Part shown: piece after piece, positions 1 through 13,745 of the stretch | Position numbering within the stretch: position 1 is the stretch's first letter | Layout: every line of letters begins with the position of its first letter | Translations under genes and position numbers: made by a program | Origin: Eledone cirrhosa | Lineage: Eukaryota | Reading direction: 5' to 3' | Assembly: GCA_964016885.1 (NCBI GenBank) | Contig: CAXHJY010001019.1 | Span: 1 to 30,734 of the forward strand | Length of the DNA: 30,734 nucleotides | The notes under the pieces: model-generated | Told to the model about the DNA's origin: nothing | What the model saw: the letters and a program-made list of their open reading frames with translations, nothing else | Database searches by the model: none

Positions 1-1765
<1,765 letters not shown>

Positions 1766-2451
1766 AAACAGAAAGACAGAGGACTAAATTCCAATATAAT
1801 AACATTTAATAATATTGGCCTCGTGGCAGGATAAAGATGTTGGTGGCATTGATGTTTGTGGTTTTGCTAGAACCTCGATGTGTTTCTGCCGTTTCATCGT
1901 TCTCTTCAATGTGACGTGTAGGACGTACATGTGTGTGTAAAGTAGCGACGAACGTAAAGTCTATAGTGTAGAGTGGAGGAGAGGGTGGAAGGAATGCTAG
2001 AAGGCAATTGAAGACGAGAGAGAAAAGGAAAAAAAAAATGATGCAAGAATTGGAGGAGATGAGGGCTGAGGCTCGGTCGGTTGTTATTTAGCGGGGTACA
2101 TGTAAACTATTTGTTATTTCTTTTTTTATTTGCAAAACTGAGAATTCGGGTAGCCGTGGTAGTGGTATGAGGGCAGATGGGGATGAGATGAAGCTGAAAC
2201 GAAGGAAAGGGAAGTGGTTCGGGGCGGATTTCAGAGAGGAGAGGAACCTTTATTCAATTAATAATATTGCCGCGTCATCGAATACTCCTGGGATCTGTGG
2301 ATTGGCGTGTTGAGCAAATCCCGAAAATAACGCCAGTTAATTCTACAGCTCCGCAACAACTAGTTCGTATTTTTTCTTTTAACTGTTCTTTGGCCTCAGG
2401 ATAATAAATAAATACATAAAAAGGGCTCGTCTACGTTGTCGTTAGATCTAC

Positions 2452-2532
2452 ATGCTAGAAATACGAGCCAAATTTCCATGAAACCATTACCTCCCGGGTA
2501 GGGTGCGGTTTCAGTGAAGTTTAGACACGATG
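2452..2532. repeat. Dispersed repeat, 'tgctagaaatancagccaaat' family
   Basis: Aligns by eye with 4374-4452; the core motif recurs near 4190 and 4887. Confidence 0.7.
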
Positions 2533-3634
2533 TCTTAGACATAGTGATCGTATGTATGTATGTATGATGTATGTATATGTATGCAAGTAGGTCTTGGGTG
2601 CTGTTGGTAACATGAAACCCAGGGCAACCTGTTGCATGGTAGGGTTGTTGGCGACTAACCCGGGCACCTACCTAGCATGTTTTGTAGGGAGCAGGAGTTC
2701 GGATACCCTGCCGGAAAGAAAACAAATTTTGCCAAGGAGCAATGGAACTCACGAGAGTCAAGAACCATCCAGTAGTGTGTATGTATGCTTGTGCATGTAT
2801 GTGTGTATTTACATAAATATGTAAATGCACACGAGAGAAGGGCACTCTTACTTGAAACCTGTGGTGTTAGTAGTCTCTGGCCATCTTGCATTGTTTTTTT
2901 AAATGTTGATAGTTTAACAGTTTCCAGTATTTACAATGTCTCTTATATCGCACAAGCGTTTCTTACAATAAAATCTGATGTGTATACATTTTTTGCAACT
3001 ATTTTATTTTTACCCTTCATATCCCATCCAATACAAGTGAGGACACGAACATGGAACTAATACGGCGGACCTTTCGTTGTAGCGATCGGAGTATCACGTG
3101 CGACTGCGACAAAGAAATATCGCCACTTCCGTAGTTTTCTAACTCGGGTGTAATATAGGTGAGAGCTGCCGCATTACCTCGGTGCCCTACGTTGAAATGA
3201 TTTTGAGGGAGGAAAGTATCCTTAAACTGAAAACCTGCTGAAGACATCCACGAGCCGGGTGGACCACTTCATCGTGAGAACCCTTCTTTAAAGAGAAGCA
3301 AGCCCGTTGTCAGGTTTGGGGGCTCGTTGTGGAATAAGCATATCACTGTACCCCCACCAAACATACACAGACTTAGCGACGGGCTCCGACGAAAGGTGGT
3401 CATATATGTTAGCGAGTTGACAACCATCGTGTATGTATAAAATATAAATATAACGCTGTCATAGTCATTACACACTCCAATTCCACAATATTACAACTAC
3501 TATGACAACAGCCATCATTACTGTTAGTCGCTCTACCACTACAACTACCACCACCAACACAACCAAATGCTAACTACTACAAATGATAAAACCAACCACA
3601 AGTGTTAGTAACTGCCAATATCTAGTACAACAGC

Positions 3635-3702
3635 TGCTGCTACTATTACTACTACCACTAATACAACTACTACTACTACTACTACTACTAATAATAATAA
3701 TG
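3635..3702. repeat. (CTA)n/(ATA)n trinucleotide microsatellite within a degenerate ACT-rich region
   Basis: Direct reading; explains the poly-L and poly-S ORFs at 3570-3830. A second (ACT)n run lies at 4693-4722. Confidence 0.95.
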
Positions 3703-3860
3703 ATTTCATTTATTGGCCACAAGGACCGACATGTAGGGGATAATACAAAGACAGGGACAGTGGGGGGTTTACAATAAGATCGAGTAAAAGTGCACGATGG
3801 CAAGACTAATTTAACAATGAAGATATACAAATATAAAATAAACTATGTATAAATAATGAT

Positions 3861-3967
3861 AATTGTTTCTACTTTAGGCACAAGGCCAGCAATGACTCCA
3901 GTGCATTACTGGTACTTTATTTTATCGACCCCGTAAGGATGAAAGGCAAAGTCAACCTCGGCGGGAT
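3861..3967 (-). mobile_element. tRNA-derived SINE family A, 3' half
   Basis: Reverse complement (cccgccgaggttgactttgcctttcatcc..ggggtcgataaaataaagtaccag..ggccttgtgcc..gtagaaacaatt) matches the copies at 6033, 7481 and 21180. Confidence 0.85.
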
Positions 3968-4175
3968 AATGATAATGATACTAAACACGATCACCAACGA
4001 ACTACTACTACTAGTAGTACTACCAACATCAATATCACCTACCCGCCAACTACCAACACCCAAACTATATTTACGATTGGGGAAACGTTATCTATATAGG
4101 TCAATTCATCCAACTACAACATTATCATCATTAGCATCACTGTTATCGCTATATCAGCCACCACTAGACACATGT

Positions 4176-4475
4176 ATGTGGTCGTTCGACCTGCTAAAAA
4201 TAGTAGCGAAACCTCTAGCAATTTACACATTGCTTTGGAAAGGGACACGTTGGATATGGTCCTAGATGCTTGCACATATGAAAAGATGGGATGGTCATTG
4301 TTGGAATGCTTTTGATAATGAAACTTGTTCGGTCAGGCTTCACCAACAACTCATTGATTCTGGGCGAACGACCTGCTAGAAATACCAGCCAAATCTCAAT
4401 GGAACCATTACCTTCCGGGTAGGGTGTGTTTACAGTGAAATTTAGGCACGATGGACGATGTGATCCAAGATACAC
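4176..4475. repeat. Dispersed repeat, 'gacctgctagaaatancagccaaat' family, two partial units
   Basis: Motif at about 4188 and 4370; 4374-4452 aligns with 2452-2532. Confidence 0.65.
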
Positions 4476-4691
4476 TGTATTTAAAAATAGGGTCTACCTA
4501 TTTCTAAAAGCAAGAATTGGATAATAATAGACATTATATACAAGCCGGGGGGTGGGGAAGACAAAAGGTCGTGGCTAGAACTCCTTTGATCATGTAGTTC
4601 TGCTTAATTTAGAGTATAAATTTCTACCGCCAACATCGCCCTGTTATTTCTTAAAACCACTATTACACCCGCTGTGAACTGTTACTCCCAA

Positions 4692-4723
<32 letters not shown>

Positions 4724-6032
4724 TCGCCATCCACCCTCACTACAACTACATGTTATAGTAACACCGCCATAACTACATTATCCAGCAACAAAACCACCCC
4801 ACCCTCATTAAAATTACATCTATACAATATACATACAATCACAATTATCATCACGGCTCAGCGAGTCTCATTGTAGCTATTCGAATTGCTAGAAATAGTA
4901 GCCAAATTTCATTCGAAAAAATGAAAAACAATGGGTAATGTTATCTTATATATATATTAAAAAAATGATTGTTGGAATGTTTTAGTGTTTGTTTTTCTTT
5001 TAATAATAGAAATGTTTGATAGAACGTAACTCTGGTGAAAATAACAATCACAAACAGTAAAACTACTACCATCAGTAGACTATACTACCGCAATTACTAT
5101 TAACATTCTTACTACAACTACTACCAGCCTTCACCACCACAAGTAGACGTCGCAACAACAAATACTACGCCTACTACAACTATATACTATACCAATACTA
5201 TCGTCATTCTCATAACTACGACCATCATAACAACTCACCGTCACCAATTCAGCCATGACAAAAATACGAAACACAAACACTTTCATTAGCCATAGCCACC
5301 CGCCTTGGAGTCACTGAGTGTCGTGAGAGATGTCGGAGTAGGAAAAAAGAGCGATGAAAGAAGACTAGGGTAGTGAAGGTGTGTAGGTGTATCGTAAGTG
5401 TGTGTATGTGTGAGAGAGAGAGATAGGGAAAGGGAGATTGTTAACTCGTCTAACTCCCTCTTCCATTTCCGATACATACGCATACTCATAACCATAGAAG
5501 CTAGTCGGTGGAAGAGCTGCAGTTAATTTGTCACTGCAAACACACAAAAACAAAACAAAAAGTGACACGCTTGTCAGTGTTTATGTTAATGTTGTTGATT
5601 CTCCACAACGCCTTACGTATCTTCTCGTGGCACACACGCGCACTGACTTAATATTTTTCTTTCGTTGTGATCCTATATTTTCATGTGAAATTAAGTAATA
5701 GCAATATACTGTATGTGTCTGTGTGTGTCTGTGTGTGTGTGTGGATGTGTTGATTTTTGACAGCTATGGCATTTGTGTTTTGTAATTTTAAGCTATATTG
5801 TCAGCAGATTTGTTTAGAAAAAAAAAATTTTACTTTTGTTATGTAATTTCATGTACATCGTCTACTAAGATATTATATAAGATCACTTTGCAAAAAGGAA
5901 TATCAGATAGTTATTCACATTATTGCAAGTGAAGCCGAAGACTGTTTCTTGATAAATTTGCAAATATTTCCAGTGATAACGAGCTGTTCTTTTAGATAGT
6001 TCATCTCAGTTCACCACCTTAGGGTCGAGGAT

Positions 6033-6212
6033 TGGCAGTATCGGTAGAGGGTCGGATGCCATGCTTTGTAGCACAGAGTCACTGCTCTTTACGGTCTGAC
6101 TTCAAATCTCGCTGAGGTTAACTTTGCCTTTCATTCTTACGTAGTCGAGAAAATAAAGTACCTGTGATGCACTGGGGTAATTGCTGGCCTTGTGCCAAAA
6201 GTAGAAACAGTT
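6033..6212 (+). mobile_element. tRNA-derived SINE family A, near full length
   Basis: A-box-like TGGCAGTATCGG, B-box-like (c)TTCAAATC; body shared with four other copies in the window. Confidence 0.85.
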
Positions 6213-6645
6213 ATGATATAGTTCACCATTTCTTTCAATAGAGTCAGTCTTCTAGAGAGTGTATGGGGGGGGGGGGTTATTTGAAGCAAGGTTAGAAACT
6301 GCCATCAACTTTCTATTGTATATTTGAGATTCTGTAATTTCCGCTGTTTTGCATGGTTCAAACTAATTGAATTGATTCGGATTGTTTAAACATTTTGTAG
6401 CTAAACTCTTCAATTGGGTGAAAAGGGTGGGTGGGTGGATATAGTGAATCTTGTGCAGTGTGAAATCATTAAAATATGCAAACATAAACGTGTGTATGTA
6501 TACGTCAAGTCCACATTCGGTGATAATTAGCCAAAGGTTTGCAACTGAAATTCTCCTCGTGACTCAAGCCTGGGAAACGTGTTTTTGTGGTAGTCATTCC
6601 TCTTCCAACTGATACCACTTGGCACAAGTGTTGTGGCAACTCATA

Positions 6646-6762
6646 TTTGGTAGCTGAGTGAACTGAAACAAAGTGTCTTGTTCAAGAACACAACATGCCG
6701 CCCAATCTGGAATCGAACTCACAGCCATACGAGTGTGAGTTGAACAGCCTAACCACTAAGCC

Positions 6763-6763
<1 letters not shown>
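6646..6763 (-). mobile_element. tRNA-derived SINE family B, head region
   Basis: Minus strand reads tggcttagtggttagg..gagttcgattcc..gtgttcttgaacaagacact; similar to 15864-15986. Confidence 0.8.
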
Positions 6764-6821
<58 letters not shown>

Positions 6822-6917
6822 AATGTCAACATGAATGGACCTATTATTTTTATCTAAAGACATTTTTTTCCAATTCCATCCCTCCCGTCCCCTTAATCTA
6901 TTTTATTTCTCATTCTT

Positions 6918-6953
6918 TCTTCTGATGAAGGACTAGAGTCCGAAACGTTAAGA
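6918..6953 (+). ncRNA. Minimal type I hammerhead ribozyme
   Basis: Stem I TCTT/AAGA; CTGATGA (6922-6928) plus extra A; stem II GGAC-taga-GTCC; GAAA (6942-6945); palindromic stem III ACGT; predicted cleavage after GUU at 6949. Confidence 0.75.
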
Positions 6954-7095
6954 CCCTCTTCCTGCTATATCAAGCGTTAACCTAATATACCTTCCATATA
7001 CTGTACCGATTGTGTTGTTATTTCTGTTTACCTTTTACATATTTTTTAGGATCGATCGATTTTCCTCAAATCGGACCGAGGAAACAACGAGCTTT

Positions 7096-7165
7096 GCATT
7101 GTATTCTTGAGCAAAACACTTTATTTCACTTTGCTCCAGTTCACTCGGCTGTAGAAATCAGTTTA
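7096..7165 (+). mobile_element. SINE family B internal fragment
   Basis: ttcttgagcaaaacactttatttcactttgctccagttcactcggctg, shared with 15945-15986 and the minus-strand copies. Confidence 0.7.
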
Positions 7166-7251
7166 CCCAGCTATGCGTTAAATAGCCTCACAAACCCACA
7201 ATTGGCCAAGCATAGTGAGTACGGCTACACCCTTGACATGACCAAAACAGA

Positions 7252-7389
<138 letters not shown>

Positions 7390-7480
7390 ACAACTATCAC
7401 TAATGGACTAACGAGGGAGCCTCCACCTAAATCTTTGACATCGCAACTAATAACAGTCCAATTTCTAAACGTCTGGCATT

Positions 7481-7660
7481 TGGCAGTATCGGTAGAGGGT
7501 CGGACGCCATGCTTTGACGCATAGAGTTACGGCCCTTTATGGTCTGAGTTCAAATCCCGCCGAGATTAACTTAGCCTTTCATCCTTACGGGGTCGATAAA
7601 ATAAAGTACCAGTAATGCACTGGGATAATTGCTGTCCTTGTGCCAAAAATAGAAACAATT
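7481..7660 (+). mobile_element. tRNA-derived SINE family A, near full length
   Basis: A-box TGGCAGTATCGG, B-box GTTCAAATCC; aligns with 6033-6212. Confidence 0.88.
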
Positions 7661-7707
7661 ATTTAAAAAATAAACAGGAAAAGAGAAAAAAGTATGAGGC
7701 TCACCAG

Positions 7708-7945
7708 GCCGGTGCTTATCCCGGTTTCATCGGTGTTAAGCGCCAGAGAGTATAAGACTCCTTATTGGACATGATGCTTGTCCATTATAAGATTAACCAT
7801 CTGCTGTTGGTACTCATTTTCAGCTGTGTACTGGCTGTACGGGCAACATAAAATGAAGTGTTTTGCTCCAGAATATAACGCACACCCGGTCCAGGAATCG
7901 AATCTACGACATTATTACGATCGTAAGTCCAACACCTAGACCATG
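7708..7945 (-). mobile_element. tRNA-derived SINE of family B type with longer central and 3' domains
   Basis: Minus strand: B-box-like gattcgattcctggaccggg, then cagctgaaaatgagtacc and gaaaccgggataagc, motifs recalled from conserved-domain metazoan SINEs. Exact superfamily not assigned. Confidence 0.7.
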
Positions 7946-8079
7946 CACTTTGACTTAACACAGATCCTCATATGGTAATTGGTGCATCGACTGAACAATT
8001 CAACAGTTTTCACTGATACAAATGTAAATAGTTGAGCCAAATGAGCTTCTTAGCACCGAGGCTTTGTTAAGGAACATGA

Positions 8080-8395
8080 TTGTCATCAATGACATCGATG
8101 TAAAAGGATGTACTACCTGCCATAGATAAAATTAACCTTATTTCAGCAACAGTTCCTGACGGTTTCCCGACTAATCTAAGAAAATGTAAAACGGCTCTAG
8201 CCAATCCTCTTCAGATATTTCACATTCAAAAGATAGCAAAATATTCTATTTATAAGAGAGGAAGAAAAACAGATGCTAATCATTACAATCCTATCTTTTC
8301 TGACTTCCCATATCAGCAAGGTCGTAGAACAGACTATACTCATTACATTTTTAGAGAAGAATAATTTGCTAAGTGATACACAGCAGTTTCCATCT
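8080..8395 (+). pseudogene. Decayed non-LTR retrotransposon reverse transcriptase N-terminal part (CR1/L2-like)
   Basis: Frameshifted translation: AIDKINLISATVPDGFP..LRKCKTALANPLQIF..IYKRGRKTDANHYNPI/LTSHISKVVEQ..FLEKNNLLSDTQ, matching the GPDG, NYRPISL and Q.GF motifs. Confidence 0.8.
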
Positions 8396-8757
8396 AAATA
8401 GCGGTTACATCATTCGCAGATGTGAAATACCTTAACTATATGAAGGATTTCGAGAAAAATGACAGATCATAAAGGATAATACACAACAAGCTCAAAAATA
8501 ATGGTGGGTGGCGATCTAACTCTCAAAGGTGATCTAACTCTCAAATAGTCAATTCAAAATATATGTCCCCAAAAAACTGTTTATTTACTGTTTAGAATAT
8601 CTCCCCTTATAAACTATCTATTCTGGTTTATTTCAACACCCAACCCTACCACTGATAATACCAAAACATCAGAAGTACTGAGGATTCTCCCAAGTTGATG
8701 AACATTTACAGAGTAGCCAGAATACCTGATACAGGTGAATTAATGAACACGGCAATA

Positions 8758-9092
8758 TAGTTGTCCCCCAGTATTCGCGGGGGTTACGTTCCTACAGCAC
8801 CTGCGAAGAGTGGAAAACCCCGAATATTGGACGTGCTACATAGAAATGCCTATAAGCGTCACAACATAACGCAAAATATAGGCCGACATAAAAAAAAGAT
8901 TCGGTATATTATTAATAATTTAGCGTTAAAAAGTCTGAGAAAAATATATATTGCCACGAAAATAGCCATAAGAAAATCGCGGAAGATATTTACGATTCCG
9001 TGAATATCTGGTGGTTTCGACGAATAATTATTAGTTAGGTTATAAGGAAAATTCCGCGAATAACCGGGACCACGAATGCCAGGGGTACATTG
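8758..9092. mobile_element. Tc1/mariner (pogo/Tigger-like) MITE
   Basis: Degenerate TIRs (tagttgtcccccagtattcgcg / cacgaatgccaggggtacattg), TA on both flanks, repeated cgcgaat-type subterminal motifs. Confidence 0.65.
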
Positions 9093-9266
9093 TATACCAC
9101 TTCCCCGCAATATAAGTGATCGGAACAAGATAGATTTAAATATATTCCAACTGATCTTGGGCGATTTACAGTGTAATATCACAAACGAAGATAAAATCAG
9201 ATATATGTTTAAAAGTGAAATAAATAATTTTCTATATAGATAATAAACACAACCGCAAAAATGTAG

Positions 9267-9445
9267 TCGGAACGTGGAAGAGCCGAATTCCCACTGTCAC
9301 CGTCTCCATCTCTCTCGCCCTCCCCCCATCTCTATGGTGAGAAAATAGGGTCCCACGTGCTGGTCTCCCCACAGCCCCAGCGGAAAAAACGGAGAAGGCG
9401 TTTCCCTGGAAGATGGTAAGGGAGATGCGCTGGAAGAGTCATTCC
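9267..9445. repeat. GC-rich dispersed repeat, copy 1
   Basis: Direct-repeat match to 11551-11732, including identical gatggtaagggagatgcgctggaagagtcattcc. Confidence 0.9.
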
Positions 9446-9567
9446 TTGACGGCGAATAAGGATGAGTATTCAATACACGTCAGAGAGTAGATGGTTTATC
9501 TAAACTGAATTCCTTTCTCGCGACTCAGTGATTGGTAGCCGATATTTGTGAAACCGTATATCATGGA

Positions 9568-9820
9568 ATCATCATTGGTAAACGTCCATTTTGTCCACGC
9601 TTGCATAAGACTAAACGGGTTGTCATATTATAAAACAATTCAGATCAGGTAACCATGATGTCTTGCTCATACGGATCTGTATTTGGGTCTGATTTCTAGG
9701 ACTGGATACCATTCCTAACGCCAACTACGTTAGCGTGGACAGGGTACTTTTTATCATGGCACCAAAACGACCATCTAACAGGGTGGACTGGGTGCTTATT
9801 TTTCTTGTCCCCAACACGAC
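9568..9820 (-). mobile_element. Degenerate SINE/LINE 3'-tail repeat
   Basis: ggataccattcctaacgccaac resembles the reverse complement of the ggttggcgttaggaagggcatcc tail recalled from mollusc SINEs; (atc)n-type tail at 9568. Confidence 0.5.
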
Positions 9821-10541
9821 CTCCTTACAGGCATTCGACAAATGTTAAGCTGCCGAGTACTTATAAATATATGGTGTAATCCTAACGGAGGGCTTTCTCC
9901 ATTTCACCCTTTACCTTCGAAACAGAAATAGTGGACCTGAAAACCACCACTACTGATCTGATTAACCGTGCTACCATATTACACACCTAAGCTACAATAC
10001 TTTAATACTTTCAAAGACAGTATAACTGGAGGCAGACTTCAATACAGCCAGCGCCACCTTCTTTTCAAATATGAGAGGGGCCGCAACTCGATCCTAAACA
10101 ACGGACACGTAAATATAGCTCAACTTGTCGACTATAATGACTTTTCCCTCAGACATCATAACTATTTCGTAATCTGTTCCCCCAATTTCTTCGAACCACT
10201 TACCAATCATAATCAGGACACATTATAGACCAATTAAGAAAGCAAAGACATTTTTACAAACTTAAAAAAAAAAAAAAAAAAAGCCAAATGGCAACTTTCA
10301 ATATAATACACTAAAACAACATAGCCGAAATAAAACTACAATGAATAACCTACAAAAACATAAGTAAACCATAGTAAAACTGGCAAAGATTTGTATCCAA
10401 CATAAACCACAAAATTAACAGTAATTAGTAGCATTAATCAACAACAACGGTCACACCACACCCGATGTCAAAATAACTTCAAATAAAACGCACACACACA
10501 CACTACTTTAAGAAACGACACATAAACCTGTAATATCCCGA

Positions 10542-10589
10542 AATGGACTACCACCAGGGCTAGTCCTTTCTCCTACTCTGTTCCACCTA
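10542..10589 (+). pseudogene. LINE reverse transcriptase motif remnant
   Basis: Translates NGLPPGLVLSPTLFHL, matching GxPQGSVLSPxLFNL. Weaker downstream traces near 11068-11100 and 11290-11335. Confidence 0.6.
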
Positions 10590-10592
10590 GAC

Positions 10593-10665
10593 CAGTGGTC
10601 CCCAATCTTTTGTGTCTCATGCCCCCACCTTAACATCTTAAACAGTCTTATGCCCCACTTTAACA
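10593..10665 (+). mobile_element. hAT (Charlie-like) terminal fragment
   Basis: Starts CAGTGGTCCCCAA, a typical hAT terminus; partner TIR not found. Confidence 0.4.
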
Positions 10666-10844
10666 TAAAAACAACAACAATCAGCTACAAAATGGCAACA
10701 AATTGGCGTATAGGTGGTGCCATATGTACAATAACATATGTGGAGTTTCTGGCAGTAATTTGTTCCAAAGTTGCCTTGGTGTAAAAGTAATAAGGTAAAA
10801 CCTGAAGTTTGCTCTCATTAACATCATTTTCAAACATGAAACAA

Positions 10845-10924
10845 CATGAAACTGCTTCCAAACACACCTAGCCAGCTCCTGTCCCATGAAACCGCTTCCA
10901 AACACACCTAGCCAGCCCCTGTCA
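10845..10924. repeat. 40-bp tandem duplication
   Basis: catgaaacygcttccaaacacacctagccagcycctgtc at 10845 and 10885. Confidence 0.95.
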
Positions 10925-11550
10925 CAACACACAAACATTTCTAGAATATTCAATAGAACTACTACAACGATATCGTAAAAACACCATATCTCTCTCTCTC
11001 TCTCTCTCTCTCTCTCCACTGAACTTGAGCCAGCATAAGAAACACATAGACAGAAGGATAGTTCAGACATCAACAACCTCACTGGCTCGGGACACGGTGC
11101 TGGAATGCATACTACAAACAAAAACTATAGAGAAATAGCAATCAGACCCATCGCCAAAGAAGCGGGGGTGCATTGAATCCCCCCCACACTTCCTTTCTTA
11201 TCAAGGATACATCCACAGATTTAGAAAAAAATACGGTGATATTCTTATCAAGAAACTCCGTCTTAAAATGACTGCGAATTAGAGTGTTCTCCCCGAATGT
11301 TCAAAGGACTCACCTCACCACCATCAAACACCTGGCGAAGAGCATGATACTAATTGCTATGTAATTGGTGAGTCCACTCTGCAATATGTTGAAACATTTT
11401 ATGTGGATTCTTCCTGTAAAGTAGACCCTGTAATTCGGATAACAAAAACAGTGTCACATTTTGAAATTTAGAAAACTTTAGGAGAAAAGAACAGCAGAGA
11501 TTATTGATTAGTGTGTAAATATGAAAATACACTCTTGACAGGTGCAATGT

Positions 11551-11732
11551 GTCCGAACACGGAAGAACCGAACTCTCACCGTCATCGCTCCCATCTCTCT
11601 CGCCCTCCCCATCTCTCTGTATAGTGAGCAAATGGGATCCCACGTGCTGGCCGCTCCACAGCCCCGGCGGACAGAATGGAGAAGGCGTTTCCCCGGAGGA
11701 TGGTAAGGGAGATGCGCTGGAAGAGTCATTCC
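11551..11732. repeat. GC-rich dispersed repeat, copy 2
   Basis: Direct-repeat match to 9267-9445. Confidence 0.9.
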
Positions 11733-11966
11733 ATCTCGCGAGGTTCACACCTGCGGCTGGCCAGCTCAGCGCCTATGGTGGTAAGTAGGGAAACACTTAT
11801 GTTGCAGTTAACAGGCTCCAACACATGTCGTTGTGTCCGATTATGGGCATTAGCAAAACAAAGACACGATATAACTAAGTGTTGTGTCTCATCGTTCGAC
11901 CGACTACCAGTGTCTTACAGGATCTGCCCGATCAAAGATTGATCTAGGGCTGTATAAAACAACTTA

Positions 11967-12149
11967 CAGTGAAATTCCGTTATAACGAAATTCACGGGGT
12001 ATAAAAAAAAATCGTTGTAACGAAAAATTCTTTATAACGACATCGACCGAAACAAATCGAGCGTTTGTTATTAACTTGGGGATTGAATAAAATTTCGTTA
12101 TACTGAAAAATTCGTTATAATGGTATTCGTAATAACGAAGTTTCACCTG
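11967..12149. mobile_element. Tc1/mariner (pogo-like) MITE
   Basis: TIRs CAGTGAAATTCCGTTATAACGAA / TTCGTAATAACGAAGTTTCACCTG, TA on both flanks, internal ttcgttata repeats. Confidence 0.85.
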
Positions 12150-12160
12150 TATAAAATAAT

Positions 12161-12290
12161 TGGAGTAGCAATATCGTTAGATACCGGCTATATTTAGTCA
12201 CGGCTCTTTACTTTCTGAGTTCAAATTCTGCCATGTTTAACTTTTATACTTGAGGGTCGATAAAATACCAGTAATAAACTGGAGCTGATA
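12161..12290 (+). mobile_element. SINE family A, diverged partial copy
   Basis: ctctttactttctgagttcaaattctgcc..gggtcgataaaataccag. Confidence 0.7.
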
Positions 12291-12573
12291 TAATATTCCT
12301 ATAAGATATCCTAGATGTGAATGAAATAAAAGAAGATACGGATTATGTGAAATATGCGTGCTTTGATATTTATTTACAAAGACAATGAGTTCACACAAAT
12401 ATATAGACATACATACGTGTAGACCTATATATAAACACATGCAAACTATAATTAGTTGGAAAAGACACGTTGTAACTGAGAAGCCATACAACATATGTTC
12501 ACTACCGACAAACGGCTGAGAGAAATATTGGCTGGCTGAGAAGACACATTGTATATCTCAAAACATACAGATA

Positions 12574-13394
12574 TGAGAGAGAGAGGAGGGGAAGAGAGAG
12601 AGAAGGGAGAGAGAGAAGGGAGAGAGAGAGAGGAGGGAGAGAGAGAGAAGGGAGAGAGAGAGAGGAGGGAGAGAGAGAGGAGGGAGAGAGAGAGGAGGGA
12701 GAGAGAGAGAGGAGGGGGAGAGAGGAGAGAGAGATAGAAGAGAGGAGAGGAAAGAGGAGAGAGAGAGAGGAAAGAGGAGAGAGAGAGAGGAGAGAGAGAG
12801 GAAGGAGGGAGTGAGAGAGAGAGAAGTGAGAGGGGAGAGAGAGCGGAGTGAGTGAGAGAGGAGGGAGTGAGTGAGAGAGGAGGGAGTGAGTGAGAGAGAG
12901 AGGAGGGAGTGAGTGAGAGAGAGAGGAGGGAGTGAGAGAGAGAGAGGAGAGAGAGAGAGGAGGGAGAGAGAGGAGGGGAGGGAGTGAGAGAGTGAGAGAG
13001 AGGAGGGAGTGAGAGAGAGAGAGAGGAGGGAGAAAGAGAGAGGAGAGTGAGAAAGAGAGGAGAGTGCGTGAGAGAGGAGGGAGAGTGAGAAAGAGAGAGG
13101 AGAGTGCGTGAGAGAGGAGGGAGAGAGAGAGAGGAGAGTGCGTGAGAGAGAGAGGAGAGAGAGAGAGGAGAGTGCGTGAGAGAGAGAGGAGAGTGCGTGA
13201 GAGAGAGAAGACAGAGAGAGGAAGGAGGGTGTAAGAGAGAGAGGAGGGTGTGAGAGAGAGAGAGAGGAGGGTGTGAGAGAGAGAGAGAGGAGGGTGTGAG
13301 AGAGAGAGAGGAGGGTGTAAGAGAGAGAGAGGAGGGTGTAAGTGAGAGAGGGTGTAAGTGAGAGGGGGTGTAAGAGAGAGATTGAAAGAGAGTG
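12574..13394. repeat. GA-rich polypurine compound microsatellite
   Basis: GAGA/GGAGG units grading into GAGTGA, GTGCGTGA and GGGTGT variants; source of the Leu/Ser ORFs. Confidence 0.97.
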
Positions 13395-13593
13395 TGTATA
13401 TGTATATAATATATGTGTGCGTGTGTGTGTGCGTGCGTGTGCGTGTGCGTGTGTGTGTGTGTATGTGTGTCGTGGAGTGAGATAGAAACAAACAATAGAG
13501 AGACAGAAAGGCGAGACACCTACTTTACAATACAGACACATAAGTAAATATACATAGTTATGAATACTATATAACACGGCATCAAATGTTCAC

Positions 13594-13677
13594 ACATACT
13601 CGAGCATGAATAATATATATACATACTAGAGCAGAAATAATATATATACATACTAGAGCAGAAATAATATATATACA
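13594..13677. repeat. 27-bp minisatellite, 3 copies
   Basis: acatactagagcagaaataatatatat at 13594, 13621 and 13648. Confidence 0.93.
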
Positions 13678-13745
13678 TTTATACGTCAAGGACACATATT
13701 GCAAATTTCTACAAATTTCATACTTGACGACATACTTAAAATAAG

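Noticed and set aside
2594-2675. HDV-like ribozyme resemblance (gggcaacc..ggttg..ggcgac)
   Set aside because: A P4-like stem is present but no valid P3/L3 or P1.1 could be built; it may be a degraded retroelement 5' region.
3017-3475. CpG-rich unique stretch with short ORFs and CTGAAGA at 3238
   Set aside because: No recognisable protein motif or splice support, and no GAAA after the hairpin.
5290-5650. Possible promoter or first exon
   Set aside because: Only a compositional impression; no diagnostic motif or reading frame.
8157-8214. Minus-strand CTGAAGA..GAAACCGTC
   Set aside because: Stem I does not pair and the sequence is explained as decayed RT coding sequence on the + strand.
9348-9375. 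tcccacgt as an HDV-like L3 loop in the GC-rich repeat
   Set aside because: P3 pairing breaks in the second copy, and P1 and the J1/4 GG are missing.
12452-13577. Leu/Ser-rich ORFs of 329-355 aa
   Set aside because: Open in all three minus frames because of the GA repeat.
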